NCBI GenBank assembly: GCA_947451525.1 | Contig: CANFZM010000013.1 | Location: 5,220 to 69,219 of the forward strand | DNA length: 64,000 bases | DNA from: Flavobacteriaceae bacterium | GTDB taxonomy: Bacteria > Bacteroidota > Bacteroidia > Flavobacteriales > Flavobacteriaceae | Direction of reading: 5' to 3' | The notes under the pieces: generated by a model | The model's database searches: none | Told to the model about the DNA's origin: nothing | What the model saw: the letters and a program-made list of their open reading frames with translations, nothing else | Made by a program: the position numbers and the translations under genes | Shown here: positions 30,960 through 40,690 of the stretch, piece after piece | Numbering within the stretch: position 1 is the first letter of the stretch | How the letters are laid out: the number at the start of each line of letters is the position of its first letter

Positions 30960-31031
30960 CATAAAAACAATATTTAAAGTTTATGAAAAACAACCTTAAA
31001 CTTTAAACCTTAAACTTTTAAACTAAAAACT

Positions 31032-32585
31032 ATGAACATTTATCAATGGTTTATCTTTTTTCTTGGAGTTCAACTAATTCATTATTTAGGAACTTGGAAA
31101 TTATACGAAAAAGCAGGTAGAAAATCCTGGGAGGCAGGAATTCCAATTTACAACTCTATTGTGTTGATGAAAATCATCAATCGCCCTACGTGGTGGACCT
31201 TCTTGTTGTTCATTCCTATCATTAATTTAATTATGTTTCCGGTAATTTGGGTAGAAACTTTACGCAGTTTTGGAAGAAGATCTACGCTAGATACTTTCTT
31301 AGGAATAGTAACTTGTGGACTTTACATTTACTACGTTAATTACACCCAAGAAGTAATTTATTCAACTGAAAGAGATACCACCGCTATTAGCAAAACTGGT
31401 GATACTGTAAGTTCGCTTTTGTTTGCAATAATTGTTGCCACTTTCGTACACACTTATTTCATTCAACCGTTTACAATTCCTACAGCATCGTTAGAAAAAT
31501 CGTTGTTAATTGGTGATTTCCTTTTTGTTAGCAAAATGAATTATGGTGCTAGAGTGCCAATGACAACAGTTGCTGCACCAATGGTTCACGATACCTTGCC
31601 GTTAATTCATACCAAGTCGTATCTTAAATGGCCACAATTGCCTTATTTTAGATTTCCGGGTATCGAAAAAATAAAAAATAACGATATTGTAGTTTTCAAC
31701 TGGCCAGTAGATACTGTAGAGAAATTCTTCGATACCTCTGGTAGAAAAGCAGATAAGCCTATAGATAAAAAATCTAATTATGTGAAACGATGTGTTGGTG
31801 TTGCTGGAGATTCACTAGCAATTAAAGACGGAATTGTTTTTGTAAATGGCAAAGAACTCATTCTTCCAGAAAGAGCCAAACCTCAGTTTTCTTACAAAAT
31901 GGCGATTGATCCTGCGGCTTCTATTGACTTTGAATCGTTGTTTAAAGAATTGGATATTACTGATAGATATGGAATCAATAATACTAAAGACACTATCTAT
32001 TTTAGTGCGTTGCCTGCAACTAGTGTAGAGCGTTTTAAAAATGTTCCCGGAATTAAATCGGTAACTAGAATCATTCATAAAGAAATAGACAAAACTATTT
32101 TCCCACATACTGAAAACTGGAATGTAGATAATTTTGGGCCAATTTATATTCCGCAAGCAGGAAAAACAGTGGCATTAAATTTAGAAACCTTGCCATTTTA
32201 TAGCCGAATTATTACCGAATACGAGAAAAATAAATTAGAGATAAAAGGTTCGGACATTTATATTAATGGTGCTAAAACCAAATCCTATACATTCCAACAA
32301 AACTATTATTGGATGATGGGAGACAACCGTCACAACTCGGAAGATAGTCGTTTTTGGGGTTATGTTCCAGAAGATCACATTGTAGGAAAACCAATTTTTA
32401 TTTGGATGAGTTGGGATTCTAATGGCGTTGGAATCATGAATAAAATCCGATGGAATAGATTGTTTACTACTGTTAGTGGTGAAGGGCAACCTCAATCTTT
32501 CTTTAAATATTTCTTAGGATTATTAGCCTTATATTTTGTGGGAGAATATTTCTGGAAAAAACGCAAAGCAGATAAAAAAGTTTAA
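31032..32585 (+). CDS. lepB: Signal peptidase I
   Basis: IPTASLEKSL (catalytic Ser), YVKRCVG (catalytic Lys), GDNRHNSEDSRFWG. Confidence 0.92.
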   Translation: MNIYQWFIFFLGVQLIHYLGTWKLYEKAGRKSWEAGIPIYNSIVLMKIINRPTWWTFLLFIPIINLIMFPVIWVETLRSFGRRSTLDTFLGIVTCGLYIYYVNYTQEVIYSTERDTTAISKTGDTVSSLLFAIIVATFVHTYFIQPFTIPTASLEKSLLIGDFLFVSKMNYGARVPMTTVAAPMVHDTLPLIHTKSYLKWPQLPYFRFPGIEKIKNNDIVVFNWPVDTVEKFFDTSGRKADKPIDKKSNYVKRCVGVAGDSLAIKDGIVFVNGKELILPERAKPQFSYKMAIDPAASIDFESLFKELDITDRYGINNTKDTIYFSALPATSVERFKNVPGIKSVTRIIHKEIDKTIFPHTENWNVDNFGPIYIPQAGKTVALNLETLPFYSRIITEYEKNKLEIKGSDIYINGAKTKSYTFQQNYYWMMGDNRHNSEDSRFWGYVPEDHIVGKPIFIWMSWDSNGVGIMNKIRWNRLFTTVSGEGQPQSFFKYFLGLLALYFVGEYFWKKRKADKKV

Positions 32586-32662
32586 ATAGTTGCGGGTTTC
32601 AAGTTACAGGTTTTATAAAAATTCCAATAATTTGCAACCCGAAACTAATACTAGCAAAATAA

Positions 32663-33274
32663 ATGAATATTATAATTCACCCAAGTTATTTTCCTTCTAT
32701 AAGTCACTATGTTGCTTTAGCAAATGCCGACACGGTGACTTTGGAAATGGAAGATAACTTCCAAAAACAAACTAACCGCAACAGAATGTATATTTATAGT
32801 CCGAATGGCATTCAGTTACTGAATATTCCTATAAAACATTCTGATAATGCCCATCAAAAGATTCAGGATGTAAAATTGGAAACTGCATTTGATTGGCAAA
32901 AACAACATTTCAAATCGCTAGAAGCAGCCTATAGAACTTCACCTTTTTTTGAATATTTTGAGGATGATTTACGTCCAATTTTTACCAAAAAACATACTTT
33001 TTTAATGGATTTGAATTTGCAAACAATGGAACTTGTTTCTAAATGTTTGGGGATGAATTTTACTCCCGAAAAAACTACAGAATATTTTCACGAAATAAAG
33101 GACAAAACTGATTATCGAAATTTAATAAACGGAAAAAAAGACACTACACAACTAGAGTCTTACACTCAGGTATTTGATGATAAACATGGATTTATAAACA
33201 ATCTTAGTATTTTGGACTTATTGTTTAATGAAGGACGTTATGCTAAGGATTATTTGAAGAATCAAAAGTTGTGA
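32663..33274 (+). CDS. WbqC family protein
   Basis: PSYFPSI, FQKQTNRNR, NLSILDLLFNEG. Confidence 0.85.
   Translation: MNIIIHPSYFPSISHYVALANADTVTLEMEDNFQKQTNRNRMYIYSPNGIQLLNIPIKHSDNAHQKIQDVKLETAFDWQKQHFKSLEAAYRTSPFFEYFEDDLRPIFTKKHTFLMDLNLQTMELVSKCLGMNFTPEKTTEYFHEIKDKTDYRNLINGKKDTTQLESYTQVFDDKHGFINNLSILDLLFNEGRYAKDYLKNQKL
33242..33266 (+). repeat. Left direct repeat of the Fic islet (within the wbqC 3' end)
   Basis: GCTAAGGATTATTTGAAGAATCAAA versus GCAAAGGATTATTTGAAGAATCAAA at 34146-34170 (24/25). Confidence 0.85.
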
Positions 33275-33349
33275 TTCTAGAATTTATTTTCTAAATCCCT
33301 TATTTTTAATACCTTTATAAAGAAAAATGAATTTATACAATAATTTTAG

Positions 33350-33357
33350 TACCTTTG
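33350..33357 (+). promoter_or_regulatory. Bacteroidota -7 promoter box for the putative Fic antitoxin
   Basis: TACCTTTG (TAnnTTTG) 7 nt before the ATG. Confidence 0.6.
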
Positions 33358-33364
33358 TTGTGTT

Positions 33365-33559
33365 ATGAAATTCTACGAAAAATATCCGCAGTTACAAGAA
33401 AAAGACTTTTTATCTAAAGTACTTATAAATACTGTATTTTCTACAATGTCGCTTGAAGATCAACAAGTTTCAAAAGTTACGGTTACGAAAATTGTCGCAT
33501 CTATTTTAAAAGAAAAAGAATTAAAAGGAAGTCAATTCTTCACCAATCAGTTGGGTTAA
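33365..33559 (+). CDS. Small putative Fic antitoxin (alpha-inh-like motif)
   Basis: 64 aa with TMSLED resembling (S/T)xxxE(G/N); own TAnnTTTG box at 33350-33357; overlaps the fic 3' end by 39 nt. Confidence 0.55.
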   Translation: MKFYEKYPQLQEKDFLSKVLINTVFSTMSLEDQQVSKVTVTKIVASILKEKELKGSQFFTNQLG

Positions 33560-34105
33560 TAGTTGGTAGTTGCCACTATCGGCTTGTTTCATAGCATCAA
33601 TATAAAATTTTCTGCTTTCTCCTTCACGGAAATATAACTCTAAAGGTTGGTATCCAAATTTCATAGCAACAAGATTCATTAATAATCTTCCAGTTCTTCC
33701 ATTTCCATTATTGAACGGATGAATTCTAATAAATTCATAATGTGCATAAACCAAACACTCAATGTGTTCTTCCCGTTTTTTAGCAATTGAAATTTTAAAG
33801 TTTAAATTATCAATAAACTGATACATTGCTTGTAAAATCAATACAGGTTTGGGTGGAATTAGTTGCCCAACCGTTACTTCGATGATCCTCCATTTTCCTG
33901 CCCAATCATAAAGTTGTCCGAAAGCAATTTTGTGAATTTCAAGTAATAGATTGGTAGAAATTGAAATCTCTGAATCTAATTCAAATAGAAAAAACTCTGC
34001 ATTTGCAATCCCTTTTGCTTCTAACTCGTTGATTTCATTTTTATCCGTTAAACCAAGAAGATTATCGTCTGGAAAAGGAGTCCAGTTTGTATTAGTATCC
34101 TCCAT
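33521..34105 (-). CDS. Fic family protein
   Basis: HPFNNGNGRTGR Fic motif; IHKIAFGQLYDWAGKWR. Confidence 0.92.
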   Translation of the reverse strand: MEDTNTNWTPFPDDNLLGLTDKNEINELEAKGIANAEFFLFELDSEISISTNLLLEIHKIAFGQLYDWAGKWRIIEVTVGQLIPPKPVLILQAMYQFIDNLNFKISIAKKREEHIECLVYAHYEFIRIHPFNNGNGRTGRLLMNLVAMKFGYQPLELYFREGESRKFYIDAMKQADSGNYQLLTQLIGEELTSF

Positions 34106-34145
34106 ATTTAAAAAATATTTTTTACTATAATAAAGATTAAGTTTT

Positions 34146-34170
34146 GCAAAGGATTATTTGAAGAATCAAA
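34146..34170 (+). repeat. Right direct repeat of the Fic islet
   Basis: Reads AKDYLKNQTI* in the wbqC frame (TAA at 34176-34178). Confidence 0.85.
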
Positions 34171-34184
34171 CTATTTAAAATATA

Positions 34185-35102
34185 CTATTTTAGTTGGAAC
34201 TCAATTCCTTTTTCATCAACATAGAAAGTTTTATCTCCTCTTTTTACCTGTAATAATCCTTCTTGATATCCTGAGTAATCAATTTGGTCATAACCAATTT
34301 TATTGATAAATTGTTGTTTGGCATAATCGTATAAATATCGTAATTTATCTGTCTTACCAGTAAATAAACCTATGTGTTGTATACCAGAACCTCCACCATC
34401 AATATAATTATCACTGCAAACTAGAGTACTGTTTTTATCATTTACCACACATATTAGTTGGTCTTTTCTAACTGTAAAACAATAGGTATAATTTTCATCA
34501 AAATAACGAACCCCTTCAATAAAATTGTATTCTAAATTTAGGAAAACCTTACCTGTTGTGGTAATAACTCCATATTTTTTATTGAGATTAACCGAATAAA
34601 GATCGTAAGACTTATCTAAATTAGAAAAAATCTTTCTTATGCCATCGTATTGTGGCAATACTAAAATGGCACCTGTACGTTGGTTTCGTATGCCTTTCTT
34701 TCCTGTAATTGAATCATTTATAATACCAAACTCTTCTTTCTTAATCCTAGCCTGTTCTTGTTCCTCGTCAAACACCGAGGTTTCTTCTTGTGGAACATCC
34801 ATTCTGTCATAATAATTAAAGTCTTTAGGTACGTTTATTTTTAGTCCTTTTTTATTAATAAAAAATTTCTCCTCTCCCAGTTTTACGTAGGCTAAGGTAT
34901 CGGTACTATTGGTTTTTGGGATTTGGTAGGCTGTAAATGGATAAACAATTGCATCATAAGTAGGCTTAATTACAAATTGCATTTTTCGGTTGGTAAAGCC
35001 CCATTTATTATTTTTAATAACCGGAATTAAATTTGGCAGATTTTGTGCAGATAATAAGTAACCCATTAGTAGGCACAAAAATAAAAAATAGTATTTTTTC
35101 AT
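34185..35102 (-). CDS. Secreted WG-repeat protein
   Basis: Signal peptide; NKWGF, KKGI, KKYGV repeats; start trimmed to MKKYY. Confidence 0.7.
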   Translation of the reverse strand: MKKYYFLFLCLLMGYLLSAQNLPNLIPVIKNNKWGFTNRKMQFVIKPTYDAIVYPFTAYQIPKTNSTDTLAYVKLGEEKFFINKKGLKINVPKDFNYYDRMDVPQEETSVFDEEQEQARIKKEEFGIINDSITGKKGIRNQRTGAILVLPQYDGIRKIFSNLDKSYDLYSVNLNKKYGVITTTGKVFLNLEYNFIEGVRYFDENYTYCFTVRKDQLICVVNDKNSTLVCSDNYIDGGGSGIQHIGLFTGKTDKLRYLYDYAKQQFINKIGYDQIDYSGYQEGLLQVKRGDKTFYVDEKGIEFQLK

Positions 35103-35163
35103 TAGGAGGAATTTTGTCAAAATAATTGTTTTTGGATTGGACAATTTTTAGAATAAACAACTT

Positions 35164-36210
35164 CTATTCCATCATCAACCTAGTCAAAATAGGGAAATGA
35201 TCGGAATTTTTAAACAACGGAAAGTTTTCAAAACTTTTTACCTTCATTCGTTTATCTACAAAAATATAATCTATTCGTGCTGGATAATATTTAAAATTAT
35301 AGGTTTCCCCAAAGCCATTTCCAGCCTCTTCAAAGCAATCGCTTAAGTTTCCTTTAATACTTCGGTATACGTACGAGAAGGCGCTGTTATTCATGTCACC
35401 ACAGATAATCATTGGGTAGTGACATTCCTTTTTATGATTCCGTAAAATTTCGGCTTGCAGTTGCTGTTTTTTAAATGCTTGGCTAATTCGTCGCACCATC
35501 ATTTGCGATTTTTGCTGGCTAATAGAATCTACATTATCCTGTATTTCATTAACATCCGGAGAAATTTTTATCGACTGCAAGTGCATATTATATACCCGAA
35601 TAGTATCTTTTCCTTTTCGGATATCGGCATACACAATTAAATTATCCGATTCTGGGAACTCAATATTCCCTTGATCTACAATAGGATATTTAGAAAATAT
35701 TGCTTGACCGGTTTTAATATTTTTGCCTTGCATAAAAATAAATCGGTGTTTGTAAACACGTAAATCAACTTTGGCCGTTTTGGAATATTCTTGAATACAC
35801 AGAATATCTGGATTTTGGTCGTTGATAAACTGTCTTATAGTATCACCAATATGCTCTTGCGGAAGCCAATTGAAAAGATTGAACAACCGAACGTTGTAAC
35901 TCATCACAATAAAATCTTTATCTTCTTCTGGCTGGGGATTGGAAGAAAATTTATAAAACTTATTTATGAATGTAATTCCGATAATTAATACGATTCCGGA
36001 AAGGATCATTTGTCGTTTTAATTGGAACATCCAATAAATAAAAAACAACCCATTCACTATTAAAAACATAGGTAGAATAAGGGTTAGAACCGACAAAAAG
36101 GGAAAAAATGTTGGCGCTAAAAATGGTAAAACATAGGCAAGGAACGTCAATACAGTGAGTACTATATTAAAGGAGAACATTACTTTATTAAACCAAGATA
36201 GTTTTTTCAT
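35164..36210 (-). CDS. Endonuclease/exonuclease/phosphatase family membrane protein
   Basis: MSYNV, CIQE, CGDMN, RIDYIF, SDHFP. Confidence 0.88.
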   Translation of the reverse strand: MKKLSWFNKVMFSFNIVLTVLTFLAYVLPFLAPTFFPFLSVLTLILPMFLIVNGLFFIYWMFQLKRQMILSGIVLIIGITFINKFYKFSSNPQPEEDKDFIVMSYNVRLFNLFNWLPQEHIGDTIRQFINDQNPDILCIQEYSKTAKVDLRVYKHRFIFMQGKNIKTGQAIFSKYPIVDQGNIEFPESDNLIVYADIRKGKDTIRVYNMHLQSIKISPDVNEIQDNVDSISQQKSQMMVRRISQAFKKQQLQAEILRNHKKECHYPMIICGDMNNSAFSYVYRSIKGNLSDCFEEAGNGFGETYNFKYYPARIDYIFVDKRMKVKSFENFPLFKNSDHFPILTRLMME

Positions 36211-36408
36211 ATTTTTTTAAAGACGTCAAGTTCTATTTGCCGCGAAGACTCTAAGGCGCAAAGTTTTTTTGACACGAATTTCACAAATTTGCACAAATTA
36301 AAATCTTTTAAATTTCACTAATATAAAACTTCGTTTTAATTACTTCACAGACTGAAGGCGCAAAGTCTATTTTCTTTATTCTATTTTCTTTATTCTATTT
36401 CCTCAAAT

Positions 36409-37272
36409 CTACTTCCCCGCTTTAAAAAGAAATTCTTTTTCTTCGGCAGTTAATGCATCGTAACCCGATTGACTAATTTTATCTAGAATTTCATCAATTT
36501 GTTGTTGCGATTTATCTTTTACTACAATCTTACTAGTGCTCTTAGTAAAAGGCTTTTTCGGATTAACGTGTACTTTTTTGAATGGTGTTTTCTTGCTAGG
36601 TTGAAACAAATTAACAAAAAAATCAATTACGGTGGACACAATGTTGCTTAAATCGGTTCCGTTTTGAAGTAATTTTATATAAATCACACCAAAAACAGCA
36701 CCCGCCAAATGAGAAATATGACCTCCTATATTATCGGATAAAAACTGCATTGCATCCAACAAAAGTATTACTGCCGTTAAATGCCATAACTTCACATTTC
36801 CAACCAATAACAATCGAATTTCCATCAAGGGTTGGTAGGTAGTTGTAGCGACCAAAATTGCCATTACTGCTGCCGAAGCACCTACTAAAGTAGAATTTAA
36901 ATTTAAAAAATAATATCCCACCACAAATGCCAATCCTGCGAAAACAGCACTCAACAAGTACAATCCTAAAAATTGTTTCTGGGTAAAAAAGGTTAAAAAT
37001 AATCGACTTGAAAAATTTAAAACCATCATATTAAAAAACAAATGCCAAAATCCGCTATGAAGAAAAGCATAAGTTAATAAGGTATAAGGAAAATAAAGTA
37101 CGTCATTAGGATTGGAGGATAAGCAAATCCAATTAGGAAATTGAAATACACCTTCTCTATACTGGTAGAAAAAAATCAACGAAATCAAGAATGCCGCTAC
37201 ATTCCAATAGATAACTCTATTGGCAATGCCACCTATTTTATACTGTAATTTTATATCGTCTATAATATTCAT
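36409..37272 (-). CDS. Rhomboid family intramembrane serine protease
   Basis: HLFFNM, VGASAA, GGHISHLAGA. Confidence 0.88.
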   Translation of the reverse strand: MNIIDDIKLQYKIGGIANRVIYWNVAAFLISLIFFYQYREGVFQFPNWICLSSNPNDVLYFPYTLLTYAFLHSGFWHLFFNMMVLNFSSRLFLTFFTQKQFLGLYLLSAVFAGLAFVVGYYFLNLNSTLVGASAAVMAILVATTTYQPLMEIRLLLVGNVKLWHLTAVILLLDAMQFLSDNIGGHISHLAGAVFGVIYIKLLQNGTDLSNIVSTVIDFFVNLFQPSKKTPFKKVHVNPKKPFTKSTSKIVVKDKSQQQIDEILDKISQSGYDALTAEEKEFLFKAGK

Positions 37273-37285
37273 ATCTTCTTAACGA

Positions 37286-38110
37286 TTAATTCCAACGTTT
37301 ATGATCAAATTGCTTTTTCTTCCAATACCACATCATAATAAAACCAGTTATGGCTCCACCAATATGGGCAAAGTGAGCAATACCGGTACTTCCTGCGCCA
37401 AAGATAGATTGTCCTCTAAATCCTAAAAATAAATCCACTGCTAGTAATCCTGGAACAAAATATTTGGCTTTTATTGGAATCGGAATAAACATAATTCCCA
37501 ATTCGGCAGTAGGAAACATAAAAGCAAATGCAACTAACAATCCATAGATAGCACCCGAAGCACCAACCACTGTTGATTGATTGATCATTGCAGCATTAAA
37601 TAAATCTCCAAAATTTGATTCATTAAGTTGGTTGAACATTCCTTCATGTTGTAATATTGGTTTTATTCCGTCTAAAAACAAATCGCTCCTATATCTATCT
37701 CCATCTAAGAAACTTACATTTAATATTTGATGCAAAGTTTCCTTTGATAAATTCAAATTGGCAATATCATTTAATAAATAATGAATTTGAACATAATTTA
37801 CAAAAGTATGTAATAAGGCTGCTCCCAATCCGCAGGAAATATAGAAAAATATAAACTTGGTTCCTCCCCAAAAATGCTCTAAAGCACTTCCAAAAGAATA
37901 TAAAGCAAACATGTTAAATAAGATATGCGTAAAATTTGGCATAGGAGCATGCATAAACATGTGGGTTAATGGCTGCCAAAGTTTAAACTTATCACTCTCT
38001 GGATAATACAAAGAAAATAAATTGTAAGAAATTGGTACTATTTGCGAACCAACAAAAAAGATAATATTCAAAATCAATAGTTGTTTTACAACTGGAGTTA
38101 TTTTCATCAT
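37286..38110 (-). CDS. Rhomboid family intramembrane serine protease
   Basis: HILFNMF, VGASGA, AHFAHIGG. Confidence 0.88.
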   Translation of the reverse strand: MMKITPVVKQLLILNIIFFVGSQIVPISYNLFSLYYPESDKFKLWQPLTHMFMHAPMPNFTHILFNMFALYSFGSALEHFWGGTKFIFFYISCGLGAALLHTFVNYVQIHYLLNDIANLNLSKETLHQILNVSFLDGDRYRSDLFLDGIKPILQHEGMFNQLNESNFGDLFNAAMINQSTVVGASGAIYGLLVAFAFMFPTAELGIMFIPIPIKAKYFVPGLLAVDLFLGFRGQSIFGAGSTGIAHFAHIGGAITGFIMMWYWKKKQFDHKRWN

Positions 38111-39960
38111 AAGGCAAATCTTTTATCAATATCTTCCACACGCATGGTGATGAAAGTGGGTTTTTGAAAAGGGGAAACGTTAGGATCTTTGCATGCAAAT
38201 AGATTATTTACCAGATTTTCTTGTTCTTTTTCGGTTAAATAAGTTCCCGTTTTTACCGCCAAACTCTTAGCCATCGATTTGGCAATAGTGTCGTTTTGAC
38301 TAAAACTACTATCGGGAATTCCGTCTTGCAAATCGCTAATTAATTGTTCTAAAACGGAGGCAACTTCACTTTCGGAAGTATTTGCCGGTATCCCTGAAAT
38401 TTGAAGATATTCTTCATTCAAAGTTTCAAAAACAAATCCGGTATTTTCTAATGCTGGTTGTAATTCGGTAATTATTTTCATCTCATTTGCAGAAAAATGA
38501 AATTGCAACGGAAACAATAATTGTTGGCTAGATGCTTGGTGCACCGTCATGTTAGTTAAAAACTGCTCGTACAAAACTCGTTGGTGCGCACGATGCTGGT
38601 TAATAATTACCATTCCTGATTTTATTGGACTTACAATATATTTTTTCTGAATTTGGTACGTATGCTTTGCAACTTGCTCCTCTTCTTTTTCATCAAAAAA
38701 TGATGCAGTTACTTCTTCATTTTCGAAAGTAAAATTCTCCACTTCCAAGGTATCTTGTTTCAATCCAACATACAAACTCTCCCAACTTTGCGTAGTTTCT
38801 GCTTTTTTATAAGAAGAAGTGCCACCCGAAAAAGGACTCGATTGCTTTTCATCCGAAAAAGGATTGTAGGTTCTATCCACTTGAACCGTTGGATATTCTG
38901 CATTTTTATTTTGGTAATCGTAAGGCGTATCCAAATTTGGATCTCTATCAAAATCTAATGCTGGAGCAACATTGAACTGCCCTAAACTGTGCTTTATAGC
39001 CGATCGCAAAATGGCATACAAGGCTTGTTCGTCATCAAACTTAATCTCCGTTTTAGTTGGATGAATATTAATATCTATGGTATTGGGCGGCACATTTAAA
39101 TAGATAAAATAACTAGGTTGTGCGCCATTAGGCAACAATCCATCGTAGGCATTCATCACCGCATGGTGCAAATAGCCACTTTTTATGTATCTATCATTGA
39201 CAAAAAAGAACTGCTCCGATTTATTTTTCTTAGCAAATTCTGGTTTACCTACAAATCCTTGAATGGTTACAATTTCGGTTTCTTCTTGAACTGGAACTAA
39301 TTTTTCATTGGTTTTTCCCGAAAAAATATTTACAATTCGTTGTCGGAAATTGGAATTTGGCAAATTAAACATTTCACTTCCGTTATGGTACATCGTGAAA
39401 TAAATATTGGGATGCGCCAAAGCCACCCTTTGGAATTCATCCACAACATGACGAAATTCTACCGTTTCGGATTTAAGGAAATTACGTCGTGCCGGAATAT
39501 TATAAAAAAGATTCTTCACCGCAAAGGAAGTCCCTTTGGGTAAAACTGCAGGTTCTTGCGAGACAAATTTACTGCCTTCAATAATAATATGGTTTCCTAA
39601 TTCTTCTTGATCTTGCTTAGTTTTCATCTCCACATGGGCAATCGCAGCAATAGAAGCCAATGCTTCTCCACGAAACCCTTTGGTATGCAAAGAAAATAAA
39701 TCTTCGGCTTGACGAATTTTAGAAGTTGCATGGCGTTCAAAACACAAACGCGCATCGGTAACACTCATCCCTAGTCCGTTATCAATAACCTGAACCAATG
39801 CTTTTCCCGCATCTTTAATAATCAATTTAATATCGGTTGCTTTCGCATCGACTGCATTTTCTAGTAATTCTTTAACTACAGATGCAGGCCTTTGTACTAC
39901 TTCACCAGCAGCAATCTGGTTAGCAACGTGATCGGGAAGTAATTGAATTATGCTTGACAT
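38107..39960 (-). CDS. mutL: DNA mismatch repair endonuclease MutL
   Basis: NQIAAGEVVQRPASVVKEL, RHATSKI, GFRGEALASI. Confidence 0.95.
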   Translation of the reverse strand: MSSIIQLLPDHVANQIAAGEVVQRPASVVKELLENAVDAKATDIKLIIKDAGKALVQVIDNGLGMSVTDARLCFERHATSKIRQAEDLFSLHTKGFRGEALASIAAIAHVEMKTKQDQEELGNHIIIEGSKFVSQEPAVLPKGTSFAVKNLFYNIPARRNFLKSETVEFRHVVDEFQRVALAHPNIYFTMYHNGSEMFNLPNSNFRQRIVNIFSGKTNEKLVPVQEETEIVTIQGFVGKPEFAKKNKSEQFFFVNDRYIKSGYLHHAVMNAYDGLLPNGAQPSYFIYLNVPPNTIDINIHPTKTEIKFDDEQALYAILRSAIKHSLGQFNVAPALDFDRDPNLDTPYDYQNKNAEYPTVQVDRTYNPFSDEKQSSPFSGGTSSYKKAETTQSWESLYVGLKQDTLEVENFTFENEEVTASFFDEKEEEQVAKHTYQIQKKYIVSPIKSGMVIINQHRAHQRVLYEQFLTNMTVHQASSQQLLFPLQFHFSANEMKIITELQPALENTGFVFETLNEEYLQISGIPANTSESEVASVLEQLISDLQDGIPDSSFSQNDTIAKSMAKSLAVKTGTYLTEKEQENLVNNLFACKDPNVSPFQKPTFITMRVEDIDKRFAL

Positions 39961-40061
39961 TTTTTAGGTTCTGGGTTCTAGGTTTTGGGTCTTAGGAAAA
40001 CAAAGTTAGCAAATTTAAGTAAAATCTATTGGTAAATATAGTTAAGAAGGTACTAAAAAAG

Positions 40062-40089
40062 AAAAACCTATTCGATTAGGAATAGGTTT
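40062..40089 (-). terminator. Intrinsic terminator after ribH
   Basis: AAACCTATTC / GAATAGGTTT stem. Confidence 0.7.
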
Positions 40090-40111
40090 AATATTTTGAA
40101 GTTTTAAAACG

Positions 40112-40609
40112 TTACTCTTTTTCGGAAATCCGTCTCAATTCGGCCATTTTAATAGCGGCAATAGCGGCTTCGGTTCCTTTATTTCCGTGAATTCCTCCAC
40201 TTCTATCAATGGATTGTTGTTCGTTATTATCGGTTAACAAACAAAATATCACAGGCACATCAGTTTGTACATTCAAATCTTTTATACCTTGGGTTACCCC
40301 TTCGCATACAAATTCAAAATGCATCGTTTCGCCCTTAATTACACAGCCTATAGTGATAACAACATCTACATTTTGAGTAACAATCATGCGTTGCGCACCA
40401 TAAACCAATTCAAAACTTCCGGGAACGTTCCAACGAATGATGTTTTCTTGCATTGCACCACAATCTAAAAGTGCAGCAAGAGTTCCGTTGTAAAGCCCTT
40501 CTGTTATGTGGTCGTTCCATTCTGAAACAACAATCCCAAACCGAAAATCTTTCGCATTTGGGATTGTGTTTTTATCGTAATTAGATAAATTCTTATTCGC
40601 TGTAGCCAT
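40112..40609 (-). CDS. ribH: 6,7-dimethyl-8-ribityllumazine synthase
   Basis: VPGSFEL, GCVIKGETMHFEFV, HGNKGTEAA. Confidence 0.95.
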   Translation of the reverse strand: MATANKNLSNYDKNTIPNAKDFRFGIVVSEWNDHITEGLYNGTLAALLDCGAMQENIIRWNVPGSFELVYGAQRMIVTQNVDVVITIGCVIKGETMHFEFVCEGVTQGIKDLNVQTDVPVIFCLLTDNNEQQSIDRSGGIHGNKGTEAAIAAIKMAELRRISEKE

Positions 40610-40612
40610 TTT

Positions 40613-40690
40613 TATAGTGTTCAGTGCTCAGTTTACAGTATTCAGTACAGCATTAAACTGCCAACTGAACATTGAATACTTAATACTAAT
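40613..40690. repeat. Inverted heptamer arrays between the TPR gene and ribH
   Basis: TTCAGTG/CTCAGTT/TACAGTA/TTCAGTA facing ACTGCCA/ACTGAAC/ATTGAAT/ACTTAAT. Confidence 0.7.

Noticed and set aside
310-34105. Functional link between Fic and the parE in this window
   Set aside because: They are 31 kb apart and the Fic islet looks recently inserted; proximity is not evidence of targeting.
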